Shown: positions 1 to 12,421, counted from the first letter of the whole stretch. The stretch: 63,613 bases of DNA, filler included, from Olpidium bornovanus S191 (GCA_017911155.1; 28 parts of 28 records of this genome joined end to end with filler, not necessarily neighbours in it); one strand, 5' to 3'. Translations and numbers: made by a program. The notes: generated from the letters alone by a model not told the origin.

Positions 1-1263
1 CGCGAGCCGAAGCGATTGCACGTTTTTGCGAGCTTTCTAATTCCTCGAAAAGACGTAAGCCGCCGTGCAGGACGCGCCGTCCTCCAAAACGGGATTACGT
101 GAATAAATTCTACTTGCCATGGCGTGGGCCAGCGTGGAATTCAGAGTGGCGCTGAGTGGAAGGTAAACCTGTTTCGTGATTTCCTGGTCCTGTTTGAAGG
201 CAAATAAACGTGCGAAGCAGCAATTAGAGCGGCTTGAAACGGATGATTGGGGGGAAAATGGCTCGTTAATGCGCCAAAAAGAATCGCACCATCTTTATTT
301 TCGCATCCCCAATCTTTTCTTGAACAATGGCGACTTTCTGGAGCGCAGCTCCTGATCAAGTATACCGTTACGTCAAAAGACCGTGCCCGTAGCTGCCCAG
401 CGGCCTGTCCGAAACATAACCCTGACGAAGTAGGCTTGCAATCTGAACAGAAATTACCGAACGGCTCCTGGTCTCCGAGGGCCACGGCACCTTCCTTACA
501 CGCCCGGCCCAACGCGTGCGCAAGCGTCTTCGCGACGCCGGGAGAGAGAGAGGCCGTGGGCGAAGGCTGATGCGAAGCGTCTCCGCCAGCGACATCTCTC
601 ATGGCCCCCGACGCGCCGGCGATGACCTTACCGCCGACGGAGCGCGAGAAGTCGGCTATCGTCTCCTGAAGGTGCGCGGGATAATCGTAGGACGGCGTCT
701 GGTGCGTCCTGGTGACTTTGAGCAGAGCTGTGTGGACGCGGACAAGCGCGTCTGTGTGCTGCATACAGCGTGGCGCAGTTTTCGCGAAAAAAGAGAGCAA
801 AACAAACGTGGTACGGCTCGCGAGGTGAGCACGGCAGTTTCGCAAACGCGGTTCAACCGCGTCCAGTGCCTCAAAAAAACGGGCTTTGCAGAGGTCCTCT
901 TGCCAGCAGGAGCACGGCCTTTTCCCTCCCAGCGTGGGCGGCCACTTCCCGTACCGTTCCTTGCCAAATGGCACCCCTTGCTGCCCCTCCTCTGTCCCTT
1001 CATTTCTCCCCTCCCCAAGACCGAGAAAGTTCGCGCATCCGAAACACGCCGTGCACGCCACCACGCCGACGCACCTTTTCCAGCTCAAGGTATTCATGGG
1101 GCAGCTCGGTGATGTCCTGGGCCACGCCGATCTTCTCCTCCCCCCACTGGCGCACGGTGGTGAGCTGCTTGGACACCTTCTGGGCCAGAGGGTTCAGCTT
1201 TTGCGAAAAGCCCTGGAGAGTGTCCTTGACCATTGCGCTGGCTGCCCCCTGGGTGGTGTCCAA
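1..1263 (-). CDS. GVP36: BAR-domain protein, Gvp36 family (3' end missing)
   Basis: Exons ~1233/1263-1075, 758-458, 351-290, 189-118, 36-1 splice in frame to EEKIGVAQDITELPHEYLELEK|HTDALVRVH..SYDYPAHLQETIADFSRSV..AKTLAHALGRA..|GAALQKVAIVQEKIGDAKIKM|DQEITKQVYLPLSATLNSTLAHAM|KARKNVQSLRL. This follows Gvp36 (DISQLPREYTELE, SYDYP, PKTL). Confidence 0.9.
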
Positions 1264-1642
1264 GGACGAGGAGTTCGGCCCGGGGGTTCCTTTTTCTCGG
1301 GGAAGGGCGGCCTTTCCTGCGCGCAGGCGGCGGCGGCGGCGGTTGGGAAGACGCGCGGTGCGTGTGGGGGGTGGGCCACCAACTGGCAGAGCGCGTGTGG
1401 CTTTTTTTTTTTTTTTTTTTTTTTAATCGTGTTTTTTTGCAGAGTGCCCATTAAAAACATCATTCGATCCTTTCATGTCTAGCAAGTACATCTTCCCCTC
1501 GACAGGGCTTTCTCTCGCCGTTGGAANNNNNNNNNNNNNNNNNNNNNNNNNNNNNNNNNNNNNNNNNNNNTTAATTAATTAANNNNNNNNNNNNNNNNNN
1601 NNNNNNNNNNNNNNNNNNNNNNNNNNCCGCCCCGGGGGGGGG

Positions 1643-1702
<60 letters not shown>

Positions 1703-1904
1703 AGAGGGGGGAAGAGGGGGCAGGGCGGCTGCTCGTGTTGCTATGATACCCCGGGGGGGAAAGGGGGGGCGTGGGGGGTGGGCGTGCGTGCGGCGATCTC
1801 ATTCCCGTGTTCGTCCCGTCGCACCCCGCCCCGCCCCGCCCCGCACACGTGTCGTAAAGTAAAAAAAGGAAGATAAAACGGAACCGCCGCTCTTCCTTGC
1901 TCTT

Positions 1905-2100
1905 CCTCTCTCTTCTCTCTCTCTCTCTCTCTCTCACTCTCTCTCTCCATCTCTCCCTCTCTCTCACCGTCTCTCTCTCTTCTCTTTCTCTTTTTTCTCC
2001 CACTTTTCTCTCTCAGTTTCTCTCTTCTTTCTCACAGTATCTCCGTCTCCCTGCTCGCCCTTCTTTCTCGCCCTCTCTCTGACGCACCCTCCGTCTCGTC
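1905..2100. repeat. (CT)n pyrimidine-rich microsatellite, downstream of a poly-G tract at ~1636-1700
   Basis: Visible directly in the sequence. Confidence 0.9.
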
Positions 2101-2259
2101 TCAGCGCGCCAACCCCCCGGCCCGCTTTCGACCGCCCTCGACCGCCCTCGCCCGCCGCCCGCCGGCCTTTTCCTGCGCAGGCGCAGAGCTCGGGCCCTCC
2201 CCCCCCCCCGCCTCTTCCCTTTTCCTCCCCATCGTTCCCGGCGCAGTCCAGCCTTGACA

Positions 2260-4041
2260 ATGGAGCTGGCAAAACGCCCGAAGCCGCCCGAGAGCTCGCG
2301 CGGCGAAAAGCACCTCCTCTCCGCGCATGAGCAGCACACGCCCGCGGGCCAACAGCAGCGCGAGCGCCGCTATGAGCACGACCTCCCGGAATCCGCCGGC
2401 GCCCCGCGCCGGATCAGGTCCACCGAGTTCCTTCGCCGGATGTCCTCGCCCCAGCCGGAACACCGGGCCCAGCCGCCGTCGTCCCTGCAGCGGCAGCTTG
2501 CGCCGTCGATCTCCGGCATGGCGACTGCGGAGGACGGCGGACCGCAGGCCGTCTGCCAGTCGGAATCCAGCCTCGCGCAGCAGCCGCAGCCTCCGGAGAG
2601 GGGCGCTGCGGGGGGGCCCCCGCCTGTGCGGCAGTCGCAGACGCTGCTCAGGAAAGGCCAGGCCGTCGCCGCCGCCGACCGGAAGCAGCTGCTGCCGCAG
2701 AAGCCCCTCCGGCCCTCCCCGCAGGCCCGCAGCGTCTTCGACGTCCGCGCCCAGCCGCACGGGCCGCCGTTGCCTGCGGCGGAGAGCGTGTACGCCCTCC
2801 ACGCGCTGCACGATTTCGACCGGGACCAGCGGGCTCAGAAGGGCGGCTTCGAGCCCGCCGCCGCCGGCTCCGCACTCGCCTCCGTCCCGGAGCTGGCGTC
2901 GAGCAGGGCGAACCTCCGCGAAAGCCTCCTCCAGGCGGAGAGCGCCGCCGCGCTCGAGGCTTTGAGGGAGTTTGAGCGCGAGACAGCTCCTCCGCCCGAC
3001 AAGGCGCCGCCGGCGGCGCCCCCGCTGCAGGTCTCCAGCGCGAACCTCCGGGAGAGGCTCCTCCAGGAAGAAATGGCGGAGGCTCTGCGTGCACGGCAAG
3101 AATCCTCCGAGGGAAGAGGAGGAGGAGGAGGAGGAGGCCCGGCCGTCGAGGCGGTCGACCGGGGACCGGATTTCCGTCACGTCGACCTTCTCGAGAGCCT
3201 GAAGCGCGCGGAAAGCCTCGCCGCGATGCAGGCGCTGCAGGCGTTCGAAGAAGAAGCGCGGCTCGCCGCCACCGAGAGCGTCGAACGCGCCGAAAGCCGC
3301 GCCGCGCTGCAGGCCCTGCAGGCCTTCGAATCGGAACAGCGGGCGCACCGGATCGAGGAGAAGCGGGATTTTTCCTCCCCCGTCGCCGGCCAGGATAATC
3401 TCATCGAGAGCCTCCGGCAAGCCGAAAGCGTCCTCGCTTTGCAGGCGCTGCGGGAATTCGACGACGAGCAGCAGGCGAAATCGGGCGCGGCCGCCGCCGC
3501 CGCCGCCGCCGCCGCGGCGGACGGCTCCTGCCAGGCGGACGGCGCTGTTCCGCCGCCGCAGTTGCCGGCGACGAGCCAAGCGGATTTCGCGGCAGGCCTC
3601 GGGCAGGCCGAAAGCGCCGCCGCCCTGCGAGCGCCTCAGGAATTCGAGCCTGCGGGGCAGGGCGGCGAACGGAACCAGGGGCCCGACGTCGCACGGCCCG
3701 CGCGGCGGCTTTCGGCCACCCGGTCGAACGAGAACGCCGAAGGCCTCAGGAAAGCGAGCAGCCTGGCGGCTTCTCAGGCGCTCCGCGAGTTCGAGGAGGA
3801 GCAGGCGAGCGGACGAAAAAGGGCCCGGGATCGGGTTTCGGAGCAGTGTCCCGCCGCCGCGAGTCCGGCGGCGAACATCCGGCGAGCCGAGAGCCTCGCC
3901 GCGCTCGAGGCCCTGCAGGAGTTTGAGCGAGAACAGCAGGCGCTCGAAGGAGAGCCGGCGGCTTCCCAGGCGCCCGGCGAGTTTGCGCAGGAGCAGGCGA
4001 CGGGCGAAAAGGTTAGGAATCATGTCTCGCGACAGCCCTCT

Positions 4042-4075
<34 letters not shown>

Positions 4076-4174
4076 CCACCGAGGCGAATCTGGCCGAAAA
4101 CATCCGGCAGGCCGAGAGTCTCGCCGCGCTCGACGCCCTGCAGGAGTTCGATCGCGAGCAGCAGGCACGGGCCC
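2260..4174 (+). CDS. Uncharacterised low-complexity protein (>630 aa, 3' truncated) with ~11 dispersed copies of a helical motif (NL.E.L.QAES.AAL.AL.EF..EQ)
   Basis: Open frame from ATG 2260 to the contig end. The motif is conserved at amino-acid level with synonymous variation, which supports this frame over the antisense 640-aa ORF. Confidence 0.8.
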
Positions 4175-4301
4175 NNNNNNNNNNNNNNNNNNNNNNNNNN
4201 NNNNNNNNNNNNNNNNNNTTAATTAATTAANNNNNNNNNNNNNNNNNNNNNNNNNNNNNNNNNNNNNNNNNNNNAAAAAAGCCCTTCCCCCCCCAAAGGG
4301 G

Positions 4302-4347
<46 letters not shown>

Positions 4348-4655
4348 CCGCCGCCCAGGCAAAAACGCCCCCCGCCCCACGCCGCCCCGGACGGCGCAAG
4401 GGCTTCCCCTCCTTCCGGCATTGACGCGGGCCCCGTCGCAACCAGCGCATCGTTTTCGCGGTCGTCCGCGGAGTTCTCTTGACCGTGCCTCCGACCCCCC
4501 CGTCCCCCGCGGCGGCAGGACCCCACCCTGCCGCTCTCCGCCGCCCGCCCGCGACATCCGTTTCTCTCCCTGCGGGCTCGAAAACGAGGGCCGCCGGAGA
4601 CGCGGGGGGCGACGCCTCCCGAACCCGAAAACCAGGTCGCGCGCCGCTAGGTCAC

Positions 4656-7600
4656 ATGTCAAAATCTCCGTGCGCCGGCAGCGCCGGGGGCACGCCGAGG
4701 GGACATCCCGCGCGGGGCTCCAGGGGGCGAGGGTTGACCACCCTCCACGCCTTCTTCCCGCCGTCGCCGTCCGCCTCGTCGTTAGCGAAGGCGCAGCCGT
4801 CGCCGCCAACGGTCTCGCCCTCCCAGCACCGGGAGCTGCAGCCGGAGAACGGCCGCGGAAGTACGACGCCGACCAGGTTGCCGCTCGTGCCGTCCAACGG
4901 CAACATCGGTGAGGAAACACGGGGCGTGGGGGGGTTTGGAAGCAGGCGCGCCGCGGCGACCCGAGCAAATTTCGATGATGCGGCTCCGCCCTGGCCTCCC
5001 GGAGCATTGTACCCGCCTCTCTACCCCCCCACTCAACGTTTCGCGACGCCCCAGTCTGCCTGGTGCGTTTTTACCCGAGGCGCAGGCGGCTGACGCCTGT
5101 TACGGTGTTCGGGGGCGATCTGGTTTCTCCACGTTCTTCTAGCATCGGGCACGCCCTTGGCAGAAACCGATCTCACGTCGGCTCAGCAGGGAACGCCAGG
5201 TACGAACTTCGACTTGAAGCTGCTTGGTTGGCTTCTTTGCACGAAGCCGGGGGAAAGCGCCGGCGCATAAAGGCTGCACAGGCGCGACGTGTTGCACCTC
5301 GGCCGGGCGAGCGGGTGCTGTCATAACATTGCTTATCCACGATCGCCCCCGCGCCGCGTATCGGGACTGCCCTCTATTCTTTGCGCACGCGTGCCGCGTA
5401 TCGGGATTGCCCTCGCGTCTGCTTGCGTCAGACGCGACAGCAGTGGCGGGAAGCGATGTACAGCCAGACAAGCAGCCTGCTTTGGACAAGTTACCAAACG
5501 GGAAAGAGCCTCCTGCAGCCTCGTGCTCTGACCCCGCAAAGCCCCAAAACGGTACCGCGGCGCCGAACCTGCCACCAAAAAGTTGTCTGCCTGTCAGCTG
5601 ACGCCCTTGTTTTTTTTAAGGCGCGCAGAAAGACATTGAAAATGTTGAAGCATTGCCGGAGCAGCGCTTGGTAGAATTCAGGAACAAAAGGCTTTACTTC
5701 CAGGAGACGAAGCTTCAGCTGGATAAACTCGCCTCGACGCTCACTGGTGGGTACACCTTGGTTCGCGCGAGAACCTTGTCTTGCGTGTGCGCCCGCAAAT
5801 CGCGATAATCAACGGCTGACGCCATTGTCTTCGCGCTCCGCCCAGAGATAATTGCGTTCCGCGAGTACTGTGACGCAAATGACGTTGATATTGCCCAGAT
5901 GACGGGGGTCCCAGACGCCCACCTGCCCCTCCTAGCCAAGCTGGTACAGGATAGGCAAGCTGTGTGCAGTCGCGCCGTGGCTGCCGGGGTTGCTCGACTT
6001 GCTGCTGACGCTTGTATTGCCTGGCATTGTTTCCGTCTGCCTGTTTTAGCGAGAAAGCATTGTCGGCACTTGCCAAAGAAATTAGGAGTAATCTCTGTCC
6101 TGACGGTCAGGCCGCAAAGGAAACTTCGGGAACCCGTAAGTTAGAGCCGAACAATTTGGCCAGTGCAGACTCCGGAAGCCAGGAGCCCGACACGCTCAAT
6201 TACGTCCTGCAGAAATCTCCTTGCAAGCCATCAAGCAGTCAATTGAGAAAATTGCTTCGCGGATGGACTATGGCGTCCCGCTGGCGGTAGTGGAGGAGAT
6301 GGAACCGGGTGCGGTAACAAGTGTTCCGCCGGTGCGTGCCTCCGCTTTGACTGCTTAAGCGGATGGAAATTCTATGCTTATTTGCCTGCCCAGTTCCTGA
6401 ATTTCATTTGTTAAATTGCGGGCCCCGTTCTCCAGTCTCTTTCTTTGTTCAGGTGGGAAGTCGCCGACCTCGGTCTGTTTGCGGATGAGAGTTTGAGGCA
6501 GGAGATTTTGCGCCGGCGGCGACGGCGGGAAATAGCCGCGAAACACGCTGCAGAGCTGTTTAAAGCCGCGGACGCAGAGACCAGGAAGGAGCTCCTCACC
6601 AAGGCAACGCGGGCAAAGAGAGGAGTGGAGCCCTCAGCGGAGAGTGCTAAGGTTGTCGAGATATTAACTGTTGTTCCCTGCGATTCCGGTCGATTAATGC
6701 GCGGGCGCCACCTCCTTGGCTTTGCAGAAACGGGCGAAAGAAGCGGAGGCCGCAGATAGCGCGAAGGTCGGTCTATGTAGAAGCTGTCGTTGTCGCCTGC
6801 TCTTCCGGTCGCTCAATGCGCAAGCGGGCATTTCCAGGCTTTGCAGAAACGGGCGAAAGAAGCGGATGCTGCGGAGCAAGCCGCGGAGAAGAGGCGGAAG
6901 GTAGAGGAGAAAAGCCGGAAAGCTCAAGAAAGAGCCGCGGAAAAGGAAAGGAGAGAGATGGAAAAGAGGGTCAAGGCGGAGGAAGAGGAGGCACGGAAAG
7001 CGGCCGAGGCCGAGAAAGCCATGCGGGTAGAGTGATTTTATGCGTCGTCGCCACCTAAGCGGTCCAGGAACAACGAAATAAGTTGTTAGGCCGTGCACGT
7101 AACTCTTGAATTTTTCAGGGACAACGAAGTATAGCGATGTTCCTGACGGCGACACCGAAGCAAGAGCAAAAGCCGGCGAAAGGTACACATGATTTGACGC
7201 ATATCCGCATGTTTGTGCGTGAGAACGCCGACTTAACTGGTCTCTTCACCTTTTTATGGAAACCCTACCGAACATAGTCAATGATCCAAAACTCATCCTC
7301 CTGTACGAGCGTTTCCAGCCGTTTCACGTCAAGGCGGATGCCGAACTCGCGCCTTACAACCGCTTCGAGCATGCGCTGCCGGAGGGGTTTGAGGATTTGT
7401 TTCTGGTAGCAAAGCCGGACGCGCGGGACGCCCGGCCTGCTGTGGCGCAAGAATGTTAGTGGCAGCACTTCCCCGAGCGATGCCACCTTGTTTTCGGAAT
7501 ATACTGTGCTGCGTCGGGTGTCGGCTAAGTTCGGCGCTCCCCACGCGCGATTCGTGCCTCCGCCTCACTGAAAATCAGGCGCTGAAGAGTTGCTGAAGGC

Positions 7601-8469
7601 GGACCTAGCGGAAATGAAGCGTCGGGGCGAGCGACATGGTCTCTGCAAGCTGGTCCGGACACGGGGACGGAAATTACACTGCCAGCCGGATTTGCGGCTT
7701 CTGGTTCAGGAGGGCGGGGTGGTGGACGCCAAAGTCCCGCGGTCGGACCTCGAGGCGCAGGGAATTTCCGTCAAACTCCTGCAGTTTACGGAGGATTACC
7801 GGCCGCCGTACTGGGGTAACTGGGTCTTTCCGGCGTCGCAAATAACTTTCTAGGGTCTTGTGTTGACGGGGGGCTCCCTCGTTCTCTGAAATCCATTTCG
7901 GGCCGCCCGCCAGGAACCTTTACCCGCGGTTCTTCAAAGCTGAACTTCCGGACTCCCTTCAGCAAGGACCCGAAGCTTTTCGACTACGAGTACGACAGCG
8001 AAGCTGAGTGGGAGGAGGACGATGAGGGCGAGGAGCTCATTAGCGAGGACGACGACGACGCCAGGTCGCAGGGTGAAGCCGCCCCATCGGGAGAGGTCGG
8101 GGACGAGGACGATGATTGGCTGGTGCCACACGGGTATCTGAGCGAGGATGAGGGGATTGAGAGCGATGACCCGACTCCCAAGGGCACGCCGGGCGGGTCG
8201 CCCAAGGGTGAGCGGAAGCTGTCGAATTCCACGAAATTGTGTTTTGCTTGCGTCAAGAGCTCTGCTGAGTATTTGGCTGGGGCCCCTGCCCATTGCACCC
8301 TCTCCCAGTCAAGCGCAAGGCAGCAGAACGCGACCGGCAGCAGGCCCGGCCGCGCTCGGCGCAAGTCGCGCCGCTTGCCCCGTTCGTCATCGGCCCGGTC
8401 CTCCTCGACAGCTGCGAAGCGCCGTCGCCAGATTCGTACCTGAACGCGCTCCGCTGGGAGATCCTTTGA
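4656..8469 (+). CDS. CAC1: Chromatin assembly factor 1 large subunit (Cac1/Rlf2/CHAF1A), multi-exon; 5' end tentative
   Basis: LLAKLVQDSEKALSALAKEI; RWEVADL; K/E/R-rich coiled coil (~6840-7030); PIP-like QRSIAMFL; YERFQPFHVK..LAPYNRF; KLLQFTEDYRPPYWG|T; KDPKLFDYEYDSEAEWEEDDEGE; DDDWLVPHGYLSEDEG. In-frame TGA at 8467-8469. Confidence 0.93.
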
Positions 8470-10137
8470 GTGAAAAAGCAAATCTTTTTATATATTTTTT
8501 TTCCCCGCAGTGCTCCATGAGCTCCTCTCGTCGGTGGTTTAACCCCATTGTCTCCCTGTCTTACCGTATTTGAGAACCGTCAAAAGTGATCATGTATATA
8601 TGAAGTCTACATTACCTCGGGGCAGATGGGAGTTTCTTTCCAAGCTACGCTACGGTCCATTTCATTTTCCCTTTTTCCCCCCCCCCCCCCCCCCCTCCCG
8701 CCCCCTTTCCCACTACTGCTTTCCAAGCTCCACGTCTACCTCGGTTTCCCCGCTGCGACATACTTTTGCTTCTTTCGCAGTCCGTTCCCCTTTTGACCGG
8801 CCAACGCGAAGTCACCTGTGCTGTCGTTCGGTCACTATCCCGGGTGGATCGATGGCGCAGGAAGAAAAAAAAAAACCTGGCGCACGGGCGTGAGCGGCGA
8901 CGGACATGACAAGTTGAATTCGGGTCGGGCTGATTGGAAGAGCGTTCGAGGAAGGATTCGGCGGTATTCGGCGGAATACACGGCTTGGCGTCACGACAGC
9001 CAAGCCGCGGGTGATATCTGAGCATATATTGATTAGTGGGAAATAAACAGTCATAGCCAATAAGGACCGTGTATTCCTTGACCCAATGGTGTACCATTAC
9101 TGAAACAAGTGCCGCAGGACGGAGGACATTAGTGACAGGATTGTAGGAGTCTTATGCGCACCAGAAATGGCAGCCTTGGTAAACCTTGGCAGCATTAGCC
9201 GTTGAATCATTGGAAATATGCTCGGCTAACAGCATACGTGCCCTTCCAGTTGGACTTCCTTCATTTTTTCAAGAGAACGACCTTTGGCCGAAGGGCATTA
9301 GAAGTCCATGTTACGCCCGCGCGCACCGTTTGGGTGAGACGAGGCAAGTGACGTTTCGAGCCAAGAATCAACAGGATGCAGAGTTTAGGCGTCCAGATTC
9401 TTGAGGGACAAATATAAATTTGACAATCCACCAATATTACGCCGTTGAGCGCATCCTCCTCGATGGAGAAAACTTTATATAGTCAACAGAAGCTCGTCTT
9501 TCACGTTCAGGCCAGCGAGCTCATGCAAGAAGCTCTTAACTGGAAACGGGCCGTGCTCCATGGGATCTCGGTGCCATAAATAAACACCAGCCGGTCCATC
9601 GATCCCATGGCAATCGGCAATCATCTCGCGTGGATGCGTGGAGTAGTGACGGCCGCCGAGGAGCTGAATAGTCACCTCGTAAATCATTCGCCTGAGACGC
9701 ACCACACCGCCGCTTTTTCTGCCGGGGGACTTGTGTTTGACGGATCCGTTTGCGGCGACAGTAGGAATGTTTGTGGATTGAAACGGCAGCCGGATTGTTA
9801 GATCGATCAGCATCCTGAGGAGAGTTGGATACCACAGCTGCGCGGGCCAAACCGGCTGCAATCAGCGTCACCGTCGTCGCCCGGCTGATGCTTTGTGTTT
9901 GCCACAACCGGGTGGCACGAGGAACCAGGCAGACAGACAAGCTGGCTGTCACGTGGGGGCGACAGTTGTAAAAAAAACAAGAGGGGGGACGGCTGTGAGT
10001 GAATGGCAAAGGGAGCGTTACCAAAGTTCTGCAGCAAAAAAAAACCGGTGTTAGAGGATAGAAATCCGACGCGTAGAGAGTACAGTTGCGAATGAAGTAA
10101 TTTGGCTTCAGCGCGTCTCCGGGCGAACGCTTCTCCC

Positions 10138-10169
<32 letters not shown>

Positions 10170-10337
10170 ACCCAAACCCCCCCCCCCCCCCCTCCCCCCT
10201 GCCGCCGTAACCCCCTTCGTCGAATCGCCCTGTTAATNNNNNNNNNNNNNNNNNNNNNNNNNNNNNNNNNNNNNNNNNNNNTTAATTAATTAANNNNNNN
10301 NNNNNNNNNNNNNNNNNNNNNNNNNNNNNNNNNNNNN

Positions 10338-10500
10338 GAGGTGATGGCCGCGTCCGAAACATGCAAGAAAATCACATGGTTCCGGTGTCGGGTAATAACT
10401 CGACCCGACGTGAGTTTGCAGGTTGCTGTTGAGGATAGCCCGAGGCTCTATCGCTGCCGGGCGGCAAGGGACTTCTCTGCTGTCGAACACGCGTGCCCTC
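10338..10500 (+). mobile_element. Highly degenerate Ty1/Copia RNase H fragment
   Basis: EVMAASETCKKITWFR resembles AEYMAASEACKEAIWLR. A frameshifted EDS.RGSIAA resembles EDNQGAIAL. Confidence 0.45.
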
Positions 10501-11459
10501 TGTAGGCCTTCGAAGGAGCCCTCGATCGTACGGGCGCCCAGCCGACGTTCTCGAACCCGAGGAGCGCGCCAACCCTCCACCGTAGAGGGTCACGGTCGCA
10601 CGGCGTCCGGACCAAAACGTTTGCTACCCGCTCGAAGAGTCCTTCGTTTTGTTTATTAATTTTCGGTGTGTGTGCGCCGGCGGGGTTTTACAACGAGAGA
10701 GAGGGGGGAGGGAACAAAAGGGCTCCGTTCGGGCGCCCCGGCCGCCAGGGCAAGAAATTGCCCGACAGCGGCCCCCACCAGACCCCCCCATCTTCTTGAC
10801 CAAGCCGTCCCGGCTGTCACGTGCTCGTTGCCCGGCAGTGCGAGGGCACCAAGACGAGAACATTGCCGCGTTGCCGCACCATCTCAGTCCCGGCCGAACG
10901 GCTCCCGGGTCGATCAAAGTAGCCAACTGTCACGACACCGGACGGAGCTATCCGGAGGTTGGCGGCCTCCTGCAACACGCCAAGGACAACCGGCAACGAT
11001 GGGCACCGATCTAGTGAAGACCCACTCGTTGATTCCCCTTGCTCACCTTGACTTGGATCCCAAGGCCGCCGGGTCCTAAAGTGGGTGCGTGAAAGACTGT
11101 TTGGACGACTTTAAAGGGATTTTGCCTGTTTATGCGCGCGACTTCTGCTTTCGGCTCCAGGGAAATGGGCCAGGTAGCCACCTAACTACCGTCTTGCAGG
11201 CCCTCGTCGTGCTTTTCGCACCGGCGTGGGATAGGTTCCCGTCCGACGGGGATCAGCCGCGGTCCTATCCACCTGCGTTGGTTTTCTCTGAGCAGCGGCC
11301 GCCCTCTCGGCCAACACGGAGGCTTACCCCGGGAGGACTCGCATGGCCATCTGGCCATTGCCAACGTACTCCACTAATTGTGGAGATCAGAGTCCACCGT
11401 CGTTCAGCTGCTCAGCGCTGCCTCTCGTCAGCGTTTCGGCGTATCGCCGACGTCCTGTC

Positions 11460-11888
11460 TCACGACTTCTTGCCGCGTCTCTGAGCACGATTTTGTAACG
11501 GCCCCCCCGCACTCTCAGGTGCTGCCGCCGGGCGCTTCCGGCTCCGGCGCCGCTTCTTAGCAGGGCATCCTTCCGCTGGGGCCTCCTCTCGAGGGCCGTC
11601 ATCCCCTAGCTTCCGGTATGCCGCTGGTCTATCCTGTACTGGGAAACTTCGCCAGTAGTCACACAGCACCGGGGGAAGCTTCTCCCCGGCTATACGATCA
11701 AAAGCTCGCTCTGCGAGTTCCAGGTCGTGTTCTTGACCCTCGTAAGGCGGGGCCCACTGTACTCGGTAGAGCAGCTGTCGCCCGAACCGGCGGTGCAACA
11801 ATATCCTATCGACCTCAAACGACTTGTTTGAGTCAGGTTCCTCCGGGGCTGAGCCTAAGTCAGCGCGTCTCGCGTGACTAGCCGGCAT
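11460..11888 (-). CDS. Small stand-alone chromodomain protein (142 aa) with a basic C-terminal tail
   Basis: FEVDRILLHRRFGRQLLYRVQWAPPYEGQEHD..LCDYW fits the chromodomain pattern. The tail carries KKRRRSRKR (NLS-like). Intronless, ATG at 11888. Confidence 0.75.
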   Translation of the reverse strand: MPASHARRADLGSAPEEPDSNKSFEVDRILLHRRFGRQLLYRVQWAPPYEGQEHDLELAERAFDRIAGEKLPPVLCDYWRSFPVQDRPAAYRKLGDDGPREEAPAEGCPAKKRRRSRKRPAAAPESAGGPLQNRAQRRGKKS

Positions 11889-12421
11889 GCCACCGGCTGG
11901 TTCGTCCGGTTTTTTTTTTTTTTTTTTTTTTTTTTTCATTTTTGCCTGGGCGCGCCACCCCCCTGTTTGATCAGCTCATTTTTTGCTCGACCGCAACCAA
12001 TCGCGAACGAGAGAGAATAATTTTCGCCTTCCAGTGAGACCCGGCGCCCTCTTCCCAGACCACGCGCCCTCTCCCAGACCCGGCGCCCCTCCCCCGCCCT
12101 CCTCCTCACCCCCCCACGCCGTCCCTCCCCGGGGCGAGGTTTAAAAGTAGCTCGCCTCTCCCCCCCGCCGGGGAGGTTTTTTTTCTTCCCAGCCCGAAGT
12201 TCGAGGTACGCGCCTTGTTAACTTACTGCTGCGCGTAGTTATAGTAAATGCTAACTTTCTCATCCTCTCCGCAGTGTTCCGTACGCGTTCCGAAAAAAAA
12301 AAAAAAAACAAAAAAATTCCCNNNNNNNNNNNNNNNNNNNNNNNNNNNNNNNNNNNNNNNNNNNNTTAATTAATTAANNNNNNNNNNNNNNNNNNNNNNN
12401 NNNNNNNNNNNNNNNNNNNNN

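Noticed and set aside
141-1097. 318-aa ORF as a single protein
   Set aside because: Read-through of introns; only 758-458 is a real Gvp36 exon.
1571-1582. Recurrent TTAATTAATTAA motif that could look like a regularly spaced repeat or CRISPR-like array
   Set aside because: It is always flanked by exactly 44 Ns on each side: an artificial scaffold linker.
2101-4023. 640-aa minus-strand ORF
   Set aside because: Antisense shadow of the GC-rich plus-strand repeat protein; the motif conservation is in the plus frame.
4652-4906. Minus-strand 84-aa ORF (MLPLDGTSGNLVG...)
   Set aside because: No recognisable family. The opposite strand gives a plausible disordered CAC1 N-terminus with a PIP-like TLHAFF.
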